58,958 nt of DNA, filler included, from Basidioascus undulatus (GCA_000826855.1; 5 parts of 5 records of this genome joined end to end with filler, not necessarily neighbours in it), one strand, 5' to 3'. Positions 1 through 13,991 are shown, counted from the first letter of the whole stretch. A program made the numbers and translations. The notes: generated by a model not told the origin, from the sequence alone.

Positions 1-3000
1 TCGTATGTGCTGTGGCCTAGGTATTGTGATCGGACCCTGACGGTGAGAAGCGACCAAACCGATAGCTACGAGGCGACAAAGTCGGTGGCGGAACCAAAGC
101 TAGCTCCACCCTCACAATGAGCCCCGGCTCAAGCTTTATGTAATAAGATAGGCTGTGTGCCAGCAGGAAGTCGTGTTGACTTGTCGTTCAAGAGAAGACT
201 ACGTAGGTACTGCTGTAAATGGAGAGCCGAGACTTGATGACTCGCTGGCTGAGGCAAACGTCCCGCCTCTCTTCGCCGGCCACCAGGAACCCTCGCACTG
301 CCATCCCGGTCTCTCCAGGGATATTCGGTCCATTTTACCCTACGAGCAACAGCCAAAGTTGAGGCCGCCACTTATGATATGTAAGTGAATCATGAAATCC
401 TGTTACATACCCACAGCATTACGCGGATCTGAACTCATTGCTTCCCACTGGACCACTTCTGTATCGCTTGAATAAACAATCACAGACTTTGGACCCAACT
501 CCATAGTCAATCCGTAACAAAACACTCTCAAAGCTCGACCCGCGACTTGTTCGAAGTCGCCAAGCAACATGCCCATGAGCTTGAAGAGTAAGTCTGTTGA
601 ACAACCGCAACCATCAGTGACGGCACCCAATGTAGGAGCAAGCAGGTTAAATCGGGGGCGAGAGACGAACGCACCAGCCATGACCACACCGTACAAAGGC
701 AAGATGATCCCAAAAGGCACACAGCGATTTTCCAAATGTTCGTTCGGTGCTGGAATAGTAAGTGAAATAAGTTTCTAGAGCTTCGGCAGGGCCAACTGAG
801 GACTGACCGAAAATAGTGGCGAAGCCGAGATAGACGAAAAATACAGCGGGAGCAAGGATGATCCCGCCAAAAATCACCCACATGAGTCCGCTGCAAACAT
901 AGTCCATAGCGTCCGAAACAATTTGCGACCGCAGAGTAAAGATGAAAGCATGCCAGCTCATGACAAGAGGCTGGTGCCACGCAGACCGGATGAAGCCTGT
1001 TAGACCATAACGATGGTTGGGGGTGAGATGAAGAGCGAGGTGATGGCGACGTTCAAGAAGCAGGACGAGCCACCGCGTTTATACAAGCAGGGAATGCACT
1101 AGAGCGCCGGGGCGTGATGGTGAATGTCTCTGACGCGACGTGTTCGTTTCGGCTGCGGCGTGCTCTCTTTCCTTGCACAGTCCAGTTCGATATTTGGCAG
1201 AACGTCTTTTAGTTGTGGCACAGTGTCTCGCGGGCACCACAGACCAGAGCGCGGAGCCAACGTGCCATGCATCGACTTGAATGCCACAAGCATCCCCGAG
1301 TCAAACAACCGGCCCTTGCACCGTACACAGTGCTTGGCCATCCAAATCGAGGACTACAATGCCCGTGTCAGAGAGCATCAGGGAAAGAGGTGACAAAAAC
1401 CTAAACAGCTCCCCATCCCTCATATCACGCCAGGTTTCCCGTCCCCCAAATTAAAGCAAATAGTCCGAGTGACAGGCTTTTCAGCCGTGATGAGTCGTTC
1501 AAAAAATGAGCGAGCCTCTAATTTAGAAGTTTTATCGATCCCCAAAACCATGTTCCTAAAGGGGTGTGAGATGCTGAACAAGTGTGGAAATGGGCAGGCT
1601 TCATTCAGTCGAAGGGTCCTGAGTGCGCGGCACTCTTTTGTCCGTCCATTCCGGCTTATGCTGATACACTCGACCCATCTCATAGGAACATCCTGCCTCA
1701 TGCAGAGAGCTTATAGCCGAAATAATAGCCAAATTTAGAGCTATAGACAAACTATCCATACGCACATTCTGAACCATTCCCAGCTTCCTGCCAGCGGTCG
1801 AAGCTATTTTGAATCACTTCAAGCTGTATTATTGAGAATGCATCAGGTCCTTGAATGACTCCTCAATGCTCTAGCTCACTGAACCGATCCTGCTTTGGCT
1901 GAAGCAGCACAGCTTCTGACCGCATTGTACTCCACGCTCAAGCCTCTTTTGTCAGATCCTCACATCCAGAAAGACCTGAATCTCATTCTGACTCATTCAA
2001 AGACATTTCTCAAAATCCTTCCGCTGCTCTCACTGATATTGAAGGTGTTGGCTTCTGTCCATGGTATTCCAGCTATGCGTGGGCATGTACCCGAGGGCGA
2101 TGATCCGTCGGCTGCTCAGTGGTCATACATGTTTGAAGCACTGCAAGGCCATTTATGCGTGTTATCATACAGTCATGCTGTTGACCTTCGTGAGACTCTT
2201 TGCGAATGTTGCAGTTTCTCTTGCTCATGCCCACTGCATCCCTAGAACCAAGTGTCAAAAGCGGAAGACAGCATTTGTCATGTTGGAGAATCGCGCCTGT
2301 TCTACAGCCTGTGCAGACAGTCTTCATTTTCAGAACGGCCTGGTCAGCAGTCTTGAGCGTATCAAGGTAAGTTGGCCACTGCCACCTGCCCTGGCCGCTC
2401 ATAAAGAGGACTTATATCTGTATTTCATTTGAGTCTTGCGTGAAGCACTCACCACCTGTGGATGCAGAGCTTGTCATCGGCACCTCCACCCAAGTGTCAT
2501 GCGCGATATGCTGTTTGAGGACATTCCCAATATGTACCTGCTTGCAATTCCAGCCAAACACGTTGCCTTGACTGCTGCATTACCCAATCAATCCGTCCAA
2601 CTTGGAGATCCTGAGATTAGGCTCAACAGCGTCGATATCGGTCGCCCCGCCGCGGCCCAGAAGCGCTAGGTCTTTCGATGAGTTGGGGTTGGACCACTAC
2701 GTATCTTTCCATTACGTTGAATTTGGTATAATTGGGCTTGGTGTAGGATACGAAGTTGATTGAGAATACGCTGTAGATCTCGTGAAGAGTGCATCAGGCG
2801 GCCTGGGACTTTCGGTTGTCAGCGACATTCCGAGGCAGTACCAATGTGTTCTCAGAGCGTGAAGATTTTGGTTCATTTTTCATCATGCAGTGCAGTCCAT
2901 CCTTGTCACAAAATCTTACCGTCCTTGTCCACTCCCTTCTTCGGGGCTCTCGGAGATGCCGTCGGGGAAATTGGTGCCCCCAAGCCTTTTCGGTTCTGAT

Positions 3001-4482
3001 TCTCTGCTTGTATCAAGGCAGAATTGACACCTGCAATGCATCTCCAGGCATTCTGCAAGGAAGACGCCCAATGCCCCTCTGCCCCTTTCCCACAGCTTGT
3101 GATTCCCCGAAATTGCAGCACCATGGTTGACGACCTGAGAGGAAGAAGTGATGATGCTTCAGGGGACAACGTGAGGCGCACGATCTTCGCTGAAAGAACC
3201 AGCTTGCGCTTCCAAAGAGCGCTTCTAGGTGTTCAGGTATTGCAAGGCGGGCGATGAAAGCACGCGAGCGTGCAACGGCCGTCGGTTACGACGGTCACAG
3301 GTAGTGACGTTGGAGAGTTGCAGTAAGGGAAGGTTGGCAGCGGAAGCAAAGGCATGAGCAACGCGTACAGTGCCACCAGGAACCCCGTCCGGAGATAGGG
3401 CAGAGAAGAGAGGAGAGGCTGGTACATTAAAAGGGGATGAAGCCTTGGTAGCCCATTGCGACGATTTGGTTTGGGATAAAGACCGAGGTGGAAGGGCTTT
3501 GGAGAACTTGACAGGCAGACATGGGTGGGGATCGGTTTCGTGCGCCTTTGTTTTCGTGTCGCACGTTTGAGGTGAGAGTGACATTTTCTGGCACCACATA
3601 TACATTTACCTGAAGTAACTACAATGTTCAAATCCTTCAAAGAATACATCTGGGCATCGCTTTTCGCTCGGCAGTCAAGCACTGCGGAGAGGGGAAACTC
3701 TTAACGGTCCAGCGTTCATCCGTGTGCATGTACAACCATATCAGAGCTCCATCGATGCGCTTGAACAGACTGTATTGCCCGCGGGGCAAATTTTTCAAAA
3801 GCATTATACGGAAAGCAGAGCCGGCATCATACCAGTAATTAGCGTCGTCAGCGCTCGGCCCACAAAGACAGTCTGGACTTCTTGCCGAGCTCGTCGCATT
3901 GGTGGACCCGAAAGACTCATGGTTAACTGTCCATATCTTATTTGCCGTCATGAAAGCCCGTTGAGGTTAAACTGCACCACCTTGACAGTCAGGCCAGTCC
4001 TATTCCTTTCAGGACCCGAACGGAAATGTATGTCTCGAGAAATGCATCAAGGCCCACGGACTGCCGCTTCTTAGTCACCGTTTACTTTCAGAAAGTCTCT
4101 TTAGATACCTGTGCTATCGTTCTCCCTCACAGGTTGGGCGCTCATAGCTCTTTATCTTTCCACGCGCCGTCGAGCAGGACGCTCGATGTGCTCATCCGAC
4201 TACTCCGGTTATGGTGACGCACTCCCGCTTTGCTTATGAACGCCTAGGTCGCCATGCTACATTGTAAAAACGCCCGGATGCACTTCTGTTAACCCTCCCG
4301 GCCCGGTCCACCTTATCAAATCGAATTCACAGCATCGCAATCAGCCCGACCCGCTGTTAATTTTAACCACAGCCCTCAAATTACAGCTTGTTCCGGACCC
4401 CCTGCCCCTCACCCCTACATACACCATGCCTCGTCAGTCCTCATGTACCAATATGAGGGAGTGACGGCCGCCCGGGCTTGCC

Positions 4483-5270
4483 TTACTCGGTCGCGATGCA
4501 CTCGATCTCGATCCTGCTCGGGCAAAGAGAGATGGTCAGCATCGGCATGTGGCGGCAGTGGATGAAAGGGAATATGGGAATGGGAGAGGAGAGAGATAGG
4601 AAGGGGAGAGCAAGGGAGGGTGTTCCAGAGAGAGGTCGTACCGCGCGTCCCCCGGCAACTTCGCAGCCTGCACGCACGTCCGTGCCGGTTTGGGAGTGGG
4701 CATCAACTGCAGGCTCCCTCCCTCCGAGTTCAGTTTCTTCGCCCAAACCCAAAAGCCAACCCAGAAAAGAAGGTGACGGGAAGAAAGGAGATAGGAGAGA
4801 CGAAGAAGATGCACCTTCTCATAAACCGCATTCATCGCCGCAAAGTCGTCCATGTCCTTGAGGAAGATGTTGACTTTGACGATCTTGTCGAGCGAGGAAC
4901 CCGCATGGAGGAGAACTGCTTCGAGGTTGCGGATGACTTGGGCCTGGGCGAAAGGAGACGGGTCAGCTCGACATGGGGGAAAGAAAGGAAGTTCTGGGGA
5001 GGGGAAGAAGGAGAGGGGAAGGGGTGGGGGAAAAGACGCACAGTCATCGCCGGGATCCCCCCAGAGACTATTTTCCCATCCGCATCAAAGGGAACCTGTT
5101 CCCACGCCAGCCGCACCTTAGACATGGCTGGGACGGTTGGCGAGGCCGCGCACCTGCCCAGAGCAAAAGATGAGCCCCCCGACTTTGGTAGCGGGGCTGA
5201 GGATGTTGGGCATCCCCTTCTGGTTGGGCACGGAGGTGATGCAGGTGTGCTTGGAGCCGGAGGAGGACAT
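4483..5270 (-). CDS. RidA/YjgF/YER057c/UK114-family enamine/imine deaminase (multi-exon)
   Basis: Exons reconstructed across GT-AG introns: MSSSGSKHTCITSVPNQKGMPNILSPATKVGGLIFCSGQ / VPFDADGKIVSGGIPAMT / ...LHAGSSLDKIVKVNIFLKDMDDFAAMNAVYEK / LMPTPKPARTCVQAAKLPG / IEIECIATE*. Family motifs SGQ, KVNIFL, PART, LP..IEIE are present. ATG at 5268-5270. Confidence 0.92.
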
Positions 5271-5727
5271 GGTGCTGATGTGAGTAGGGTGGGAGGAGGT
5301 ACCTAAGCTGGAGGGAGAGGGGAAGGAGGAAGGGCAAGGAGGGAAAGAGCCAGATACGCGTGGACAGTCGCGAATGGTTGCGTGGGGGTTCGCGTGGGAG
5401 CGGGCCGGTGTCACAGCCGTCGGCAAGCTGTCAACCTTTCGTACAGTCGTCGGTTGTCCGCCGACAGCGAGTGCAGATCATGAGAATGATTCAAAAATTC
5501 ACAATTACATCGCTTGAATCACTTGAACAGGTATAGGATGGGTGAGCATTGTACTGAAGCGAGCGCGCTCGCCGACGGCCGTCCGGCAAAGCACGGCTAT
5601 GATAAGATAACCCCTTCGCGCTCGCCGTCGGCCAAGAACGCACGAAAGCTCAAAGCGCTCGTCTTCTTGCTTTCTTTCCTCACTCCATCTTCACCTTCAT
5701 CTTCTCCTCCCATACTCGTCCAACCTC

Positions 5728-7624
5728 ATGTCTCTCCCGACCCAAACGAGCACCCCGCTGCCCTACGTCCTCGGCCCGCCCGTGGACGAGCTCCGCAAGG
5801 CGTTCGTCGGCAAGCGGCTGGACGAACTGCGGTCCCCTGGTGCGCTGTTCTCCCTCTTCTGAAATGAAAGAATGCTGAAGGTTGGTGGGGTGGACAGCCT
5901 TCATCATCGACCGCTCCATCGTCGCGCGCAACTGCGAGCGGATGCACGAGCGCACGGAGAAGGCGGGCATGGCCTTCCGAGCGCATGTGAAGACTCACAA
6001 AGTGCGCTGCGCTCTCTTCCCTTTCAATCTCTAGAGAATCTAAAAGGAACTGAAGATGAAGGGGGCCTGGTGGAAAAGACGGCAGAAGTCACCCGACTCC
6101 AGCTCGTCTCCCCCGCGGGGAAGTGGCACGCCATCGTGTGCTCGACGATGCCCGAGCTGTGGGGCGCAGCGCGCTCGGGGCTGGTGGACGAGGGGGTGTT
6201 GAACGACGTGCGTGCAATCTTCCTCCACCATCCTTCCCCTCACCCCGCTGAACCCGCCCCCGCAGATCCTCTACGGCCTCCCCGTTCCGCTCGACAAGCT
6301 CGCCGACCTCTCATCGCTCTCCTCAGAGATCGCCTCAAAAGGCGCAACATTCCGAATCCTCCTCGATAACCCGGCCCAGGTCCGGGGGCTTGAGGCGTTC
6401 GCTGCCTCCCACCCGGGTGCGGTGAAGTGGAGCGCGTTCATCAAAGTCGACGGGGGCGGCGAGTAAGTCTGGAGGAAAGGTGGGAGGGGAGAGGAGAGAG
6501 AAGAAGAAGGCTGATGCATGGACGGGGTGGTGGGGAAGCAGTCGCGCGGGATTGCCTCCGAGGAGTGAAGGCATGCGCGAGCTCCTGAAGCTCGCGCTGG
6601 AGAGTGCGGTGCTGGATGTGTATGGGTTTTACTGCCATGTGCGTTACTTTTCCTGCCCTCCCATCCGTCTTTCTCGACGTAACTCACCTCATTTCCCCAC
6701 CTCGCGCAGAACGGGAGTACGTTCTCTCCTCTCCTCTTCCTCCCTCCCCTCCTCGCTCTCTCCCTGTCCGTTTCTCACCCCCTCCTACACACAGAATCCT
6801 ACACCTCCCCCACCCCCACCGTCGCAGGCACATTCTTAACCGGCGAGCTCGCCGCGGTAAACGACGCGGCCTCCATCGCGCTCTCTTTGTCTCCTTCCCC
6901 GCCTCCGAAGCCCTACGTCCTAGCGATCGGCTCGACGCCGGCTGCGCATGCGGTGCTGGAGAGTACCAGGCCGAAGACGCTGAATGGGACTGTCGAGCTG
7001 TGGATCTTAGCTGTGTCTGTTGTGTTGGAGAAGCGGGACTAAAGAAGGGGGTTGGGAAACGCAGCCACGCGGGCAACTACCCCATCCTCGACTTGCAGCA
7101 GCTCGCGACCCGCGCCGTGGAGATGCAGGACGTCGCGGCGTGCGTGCTGACGCGGGTGATCTCGGTCTACCCGGAGCGGAAGGAGGCGTGCGTCTTTCTT
7201 TCTCCACCCCTCCTTTCATCCTGTCTCCCGTGTCTCTCTCTTCCCCTTCCCCTTTCCCGACCCACCTGCGCTTTTCCTCCTTGATCTTCCCGAGCTCCAG
7301 AGCCATGCTAACCCCCTTCCCAATCGCAGGATGTGTGACGCCGGCGCCGTCGCCTTCTCGCGCGACACGGGCCCCTCCGGCGGATTCGGCAATGTCCTTT
7401 CCCCTCCCGGCTGGAAAGTGGGCCGCACGTCGCAGGAGCACGGCCTGCTCGTGCACGATCCAACAGCTTCCTCCAGCCCGCCGGGCGAGCTCGCGCTCGG
7501 GCAGACGCTCAAGGTCGTCCCGCAGCATGCGTGTCTCACTGCGGCGCAGTTCGGGTGGTACTATGTCGTTGATGGGGAGGATGAGGTGGTGAAAGATGTG
7601 TGGGTGCCGTGGAATGGGTGGTGA
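5728..7624 (+). CDS. DSD1: D-serine dehydratase (fold-type III PLP enzyme, DSD1-like), multi-exon
   Basis: Exon peptides include FRAHVKTHK (PLP lysine), IVCSTMPE, ILYGLP, FIKVDGGG..RAG, YGFYCH, HAGNYPILDLQQ, DAGAVAFSRD, SQEHG, VPQHACLTAAQFGWYYVVD and VWVPWNGW*. Confidence 0.9.
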
Positions 7625-8339
7625 GGTTCCGCTGCGAAGGGGAGGGAGGACAGTCGGTGGGACACGCGGACATAATGCATGTTGCCTTGCAAGCTACCAT
7701 GAGTTGGCTGTTTCTGGTAGTGCTTGTTTTAATATATTTTTATAGCGATCCTGTGTAAGGTCTGATGCATCGCAATGCTGCCTCCGAGTGTCTTTCAGAA
7801 ATGCCGCAAGGGGGGCGAGGGGAAGAGCCCCGCTTAATTGCGTTCTTGGATTGGGAGTTCTGTTCGGCCTTCAGTCGGGGACTCGTTCTGCTAAGACAGA
7901 GCGACCGCTTACGTGCATATACCGAGGCGTCGAGTGAAACTACTCTCTCAGTGCAAGGCTTGAGTGGCTTTCGCATTTCGACACTCTTTGTATCGACCAG
8001 CACTGCACATTACAAATTAGGTGTAGTGCCGTCGGGCGGCGGTCCGCTCAACTATGTACCCCAGGGATTCCAACCCTAACTGTCAAAATGAGACAGCTTC
8101 TGATCGTAGTTTCGTTGTTTGCAATACTCCCAATTTCGCACCTAAAACACCAAATTAAGTTATCGCAGCCACTTTAAACAGTCGAAATGGGATACATGGA
8201 AGTCGTTCAAAAAGAAAGGTCATCAGAACAATCGAGCATTCGAGCGATATTCGAAGCAGTCAAGCAGCAAGCAATAGCACCCCAGACACCCTCTTTCCCT
8301 CTTCACGACAGAACCCACTGAAAACCAAAGCGTTTCAGA

Positions 8340-10440
8340 TGCATTTCTGGGGATATGGACTTCAAGGTAAACACATATCCCATGTCAATCAACCACTCCA
8401 ACACGGGGGTTGTTTGGCCTGCCGCCTGGCACTTTGAGCCAGAACTGCCTGACACCTTTGTCCGTCTGTGTGGTTCAATATTATCGACACGCTTTTCAGT
8501 AGAAGTCCTCCAATGTCCTCAAGCCCATCAAAGTAGACACACACATTGGTCATCCTCCAGGTACATTCTGTTGGGAAACCATCAGCGTGTATTCTCCAGC
8601 CTAAAGGAGGGTATGTGCAAACCTCCCAAGCAGGCAACAGGAAGAGGATGATGGATGCAGTGCGCAAGGACACTGTGAACAAGAGGAGTCTTGTCAGAGT
8701 GTGTTGGTACTACCATGGTCAGGTGACCACACACACTGGCTTGGGCTGTGATGAGAGGGAAAGAAAGGGGAGAAAAGGGAGTTCAGTAAGCGAAGCCCAC
8801 TTGTGTTGTCCCTGCATATGATCCCATTCCATTCCCTCCTCCCCTGTCACTGACCAAACAAATGCATTGAAGGAATATACATACTTGTCACTAGACGGGG
8901 CCTGCGGGGAGAGGGGAAGGGGAGAAAAGGAGGGTCAGCAAGACAAGCCCACCTGTGTCACTCTCATGTACCATGCATATTTCTTGCTCCTGTTCCCAAG
9001 GACCAACAAATCCAGTAAAGGAAAAAACTTGACTTGTGAGTATAAGGGAANGGAAGGGGGGGGGGGTTGATGAGGGATGTTGGAAATGATGGAGGTCAAG
9101 CAAGGTGCCCTTTTATGGCATCCGACTCTGGGAGCATCTAATCAGAGAGGCTTACAACTATGCCATACTTGGTTATTGTTAATGTAACGTCTCTTTGAAG
9201 CACTATGCACAAATAGTGTATATACAAAGGCACCCATTGCAGGGTAATGCAATCCTGGTTGCACTCACACTCAGACGGACATTTGATGATAAGGATGTTT
9301 TCTTGTAAGTTGAACAGTAAGACTTGATTTCAAGCGGAGCCGCCAGTCTATCACGCCAGGACGCATGGTATCAGCTGCAATCAAGACGCAGTAAGGTGAT
9401 GCTAGTATCTTAGATGTGACACGCAGTACAGTGACCAACACAAACATGCAAAACAGGTGATGTTTAAATCCAGTTGACATTAGGGTATGGAAACATGCAG
9501 AACAAGAGTTTTTTTTTTACATATCATGACAAGAAACAACAGGTATAACAAGATTACATGAGATTCCCCACTTTACAGTATCCATTCCCAGCGAGCCACA
9601 ACCCTCAAGCCTTAGGGACCTGGCATCTGTTGTCGAGCTTATAGTAGGTCAGCAACATGTAGTACACCTTGTGCACCACTGCCGACAGTCTGTTCTCCCA
9701 GGACATCACAACATCAGGGGCTGCTCCCATCCTCCTGCACTTCCCCAATCAGTGAGGGTGGGAGGGGGTCCAGGAACAAAGCAGGACATATGCAAATGTG
9801 TAGCTTGCTGTGGTTCCCTCATCCTGCAGCTCCTCCAACATCCCCTTGATCTGTCTCTTGATCTCAGTGGGGGATCCACATAACCTGGAAATGCCAGAGG
9901 CATACATGATCAGTCCTGTACCTGATGGTATCATGGGCGACATTGACAAATGTTCTGAGCGGCATGTTGTCAATAACCCAGCTGCATCCCAAAGGTCAGT
10001 ACATGTGGACTGTTGCTGAATTTGAGTGTATTTCAAAAAATGCACACTTTGGTGAGACCCTTGCCCTTGACAGCGCTGCTAGGGGGGGTCGACAGAGGAT
10101 GAATGGGCTCAACGGACAGATGGTGTTGAGCAGGTGGCAGTGGTTTGAGTGCCTGGTGCGCTTGACAGGTGGGGTGAACTGTCCACTGACACCTCAGGCA
10201 ACTTGACTTTGGCAGGGGCAGTGTGCTTGCTGGGGTTTCTAGTACTCGTGACTGACATAGCCGCTTCCTGGATCTGATAAAAAAGAATTGGATAGTCCTG
10301 CAAATCAGCTCCATGGTTGAGGAATAAAGGGAAGCAATGCAGTCACATACCAGATTGCTGACCAGCTTGCGAGCTCCATCCAAGCCATGAGGGAATCACT
10401 TCATAGAATGCTTCCTGGAAGGGAAAAAGTTTTCAGCTAT
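8340..10440. mobile_element. Degenerate repeat/transposon-like relic, family unassigned
   Basis: Visibly CpG-poor and TpG/CpA-rich relative to flanking genes, with broken reading frames. No diagnostic transposase or RT motif recognised; boundaries approximate. Confidence 0.35.
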
Positions 10441-12819
10441 GTCACTGAAATGTGTGCTTACTGTATTTGGTAAAACGCTGCCCTTACCAGCGGACAGCTA
10501 GCCGTATGTATGATCCTGAGTGACCGCATTTGTAAGTGGCTGTCAGGCTAAAAGCCCCTTCAATTTTCCTATCCCGCTTACACTATCGAAATCGAAAGGC
10601 ATGCCCATACCCGTGAGAGACCGGGGAAGTTGTACTGTTTGCTAGGAACGGCAAAGTGACCAAAGGGAACCGTTGCAACAAGCCGTTGCCAAGCACGCCG
10701 GCTTGCTGAGAGGTCCTACAAGATACACAAAGAAAGCGCCTAATGTCTAGGATGAATCACATCAATGTCATTCGAATAGCCTGACAAAGAGCGGCGGCCT
10801 GATGCCTCTCAGCGCGGCCGGTTTCAGAATGTTAGACAGCACAGCTTTGCGTTGCAGGACCATTTTCAGCTGCTAGTCAGCGGATGCAACGCCTAGAGAT
10901 ATGAAAACAGTTGTTACTCGGGCGGCGGTCTCTTTATCGGTCTTAGAATGATACAGCACGGCCACGCTGCGAGGACTGCAACAACCTCGTCGACACAATG
11001 AACTCATTCAGCTCCTCCTACCCTCCCTTTCATTCTTTCACCTAACAAATTAACCCAACCAGAACTCCTAATCCGATACACGACCCAAGCATGCCCAAAC
11101 TCTTCCAAGTCGCCTCTCACCTCGCTCGGAGAATCCGTCGCCTGCTCCGGGGCCAGGCTAGTCTCCCCTCTGAGGCTGGTTTACCTGCCCCTTTGCCACC
11201 TCACTCGATTACAATCGTTGCGGTCAACCGGACGCAATTTCACTCTTTCATTCTTGGAGTGCGGCGGAGATCTGCATGGTCATCTTCGGTCTGGCTACCG
11301 CTGAAGACGAGTTTCGAGACGACCCCGACGCGGCGATGCAAACGAAACTCGCCCTGGCCCAGGTGTCACGGTCCGTTCGGGTGAACTCATCACATTACCG
11401 TCCACAGTATCTAATAGGTTCACCTGAAGCAAGGATGCACCTAGGAGCGTGCTCTGCCGCACCTCTGGTGCCTCATCCGCGTAACTCCGGTTGAACACCT
11501 CACCTTGCTTGCTCAGAAGTTTCAAAACCACTGGAATCACTCACGCTTCCACTTATGGAGGAGCTCAGGCTATCTTTCTCAGACTCCAATGCGTTCGATG
11601 GTACCATGCTCCTCGATCGTACTTCGTTGCCTGAGCTGATTCGTTGTGCAACCAAGTTGAGGAGGCTCACGGGTATGGACGTCGGCACCCGCTCCTTTGC
11701 ACGCCCTCGCCGCTTGCAGATAGGCTTTGGAACAACACAGGCCTTACGAGACTCATGTTGCGAGTCCCTTACCGAGATCAGCGTTTCATTCACCGGTGCC
11801 TCATAGCGCAGTCGCCGACTTCCCTTCGCTGTCATTTATCTGAACCTCTTCCACGTCTCCGATCTGGAGGTTCTCCGCCATCACACCTCCTTCAGGTTTC
11901 AAGCCATTTCGACGCTTGAACTTGAAACGGGATCTACTCTGCTGGAACCCCTCTTTCAGTTTCTTGTCCGTGTCGACTTGCCAGCTCTCGTGGATTTCAC
12001 CTATGGCATGGGCGCCATGGTCTCAACGAGGCCGATATATCCGCAATGGTCAGCTTCTTCAAAGCTCGGGGCGTCAAGCTCATACGGCTTGGAGTGAATC
12101 TTCGAAGTGGTTCCGCCATCGGCGCAATTGTCAGGAACTGCCCTGCTCTGCGATCTCTAGTGCTGTACAGCGCAAAGCCTCATCTCCACACGATTGCCTA
12201 ATCTCTAGTCACCAGGCTTAACAGTCTCACCTGGACTGTTCATCACAGCGACAACACCTCAAGGGAGCGTTACATCTTTCTGGCTGGGATCATGCTGCAC
12301 AAGCAGCACGTCACTCTCACAGTCCGGCCTCGCGTGGGAACGGGAAGGACTTCACCTGGCGCGACACGGATAAACCGCAGCTTCTGAGAATCTGGTACCA
12401 CTCGCTTTGCGCCTATACCACGCAAATATCGCTTTGCTTGACTCGAACAGCGAGGCTTTGCGAACGGTGCAGGGACCGACAGCCGGGGCCTTGCGGGATC
12501 AGCTGGTAGACAGTTGAGCTTTATGTAATGTGTTGTTTTGATAAGGACGTTGGCTTGCAATGTTTGCAGAAACGTTCATGTTGTTGTTTTGATGAACCGC
12601 GAGGATTGCTCGCTCTTTGACCTGGAACCCCCCTATGTTCTGTGAAGCACGCAGACTGCGAATTGAAGCTACCTACCGCACCCTCTGATTCCCTACATAT
12701 CACAGCTATCAAAGCCCAATAAAGACTTGCCGGGTACCCACAATGTGTAGCTCAATGTACGTAGCTCAAAAAAATGAAGGGGAAGCCCCCCTACTTCTGT
12801 TGACTTTGTCAGCTCCTCC

Positions 12820-13991
12820 GCTTCAGAGATATCACCTCCACCTGTCAAGAGGCGACACCCCGCGGCTGTTAAGCAAGGAGGATATCCTCGAGTGGTAGAA
12901 GGACTACGCCAGCGCGGCGGCTTGGGCTGTCAAGGATGTGCGATTCGATGGTGTCGAGGTACGCTCTTTTGAGTTCTGGAGGCATCGAACTGACATCCTT
13001 CCTCACAGCTGCATGATGCGTGGCACGCTAACGAATCTACCACGGGAGCATCACTGATAGTAGATCCTGTCATACAGCCTCCGACGGCTACCGTAAGTCT
13101 TCACGTCGTCTCATCGCAGGCTGCAGAAATCTCGTTCTGGCTGCACGAATGGGCACAGTCGTCGAACAATTCACTTAGGTATCTGAACTACATGCTATGT
13201 CTGAGACCGTATAGCTGACATTTTGCACTCCGAAAGTCCATCTCCAACAAGCTCACAGACGAATATAGCGGGTCTGTTGAGAACAGGGCTTGGTTTGCGT
13301 TGGAGACGTGAGTTACGGTGTTTGGACTACTTACCCTGATCTGCGCGCTGAAAGCCTTTATCCAGCCTCGACCTCATCACGAAAGTAGTCGGACAGTTCA
13401 AGACGGGCATCCGGCTCTCTCTGTTCTCGCCGTTCCAGGGCATGAAGGAGCCGACCCGGTCACGACCTTCTCATACCTTATCACCCAGATCAGGGATAGC
13501 TGTAGGAGATTCTCTCGAACACGTAGTATTCTGTCGAACCCCTTGCTGAAAACTTCCCTTATGCTTCAGTCCCCAACCTGGCGTACATCCACCTAACCGA
13601 GTCAGGTTGCGGCGGTGGGCGCGATACGCGGACCAGACCGAGTCGATTGACTGGGCACGGGATATCTGGGGGCCTGAAAGGGTCTTCATCGCCGCGGGCG
13701 GAGTGCGCGGATCTCTCTCCCATCCAGAGGTTCCGGACTTACTGATATCGTCCACCAGTATACTCTCGACCTTGCTAAGGAGAAGGTAGATGAAAAAGGG
13801 GGTTTCGCTTTTGGATGGGCGTTCATCTCCAACCCGGATCTACCTGTTCAGATCAAGAAGGGACTTCCTCTTACCAACTGGAACTGGGAGACTTTTTACA
13901 TTCCGTAAGCCAGCCTACTTTCGCTGATCTCCCCTTTTGGCTGAGCAGCGGTTTGACGCACCCCGAGGGTTACGTGGATTACCCGTTCTAG
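12820..13991 (+). pseudogene. Old Yellow Enzyme (NADH:flavin oxidoreductase) pseudogene, C-terminal part
   Basis: Fragments PRLLSKEDILEW*KDYASAA...RFDGVE (in-frame TAG at 12896-12898), NKLTDEYSGSVENR, TGIRLS..FQGM, PNLAYIH, VFIAAGG, FISNPDLP...ETFY and EGYVDYPF match OYE motifs. The conserved GFDGVE and YGGS motifs have decayed. Confidence 0.8.

Noticed and set aside
1..4400. Short ORFs, including hydrophobic 647..961 and 403..735
   Set aside because: No recognisable family or consistent exon model; possibly relics, but not supportable.
4620..5306. 228-aa plus-strand ORF
   Set aside because: Antisense to the spliced RidA gene.
9051..9066. Single N beside a poly-G run as a hidden contig boundary
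   Set aside because: No linker is present; most likely an ambiguous base at a homopolymer.
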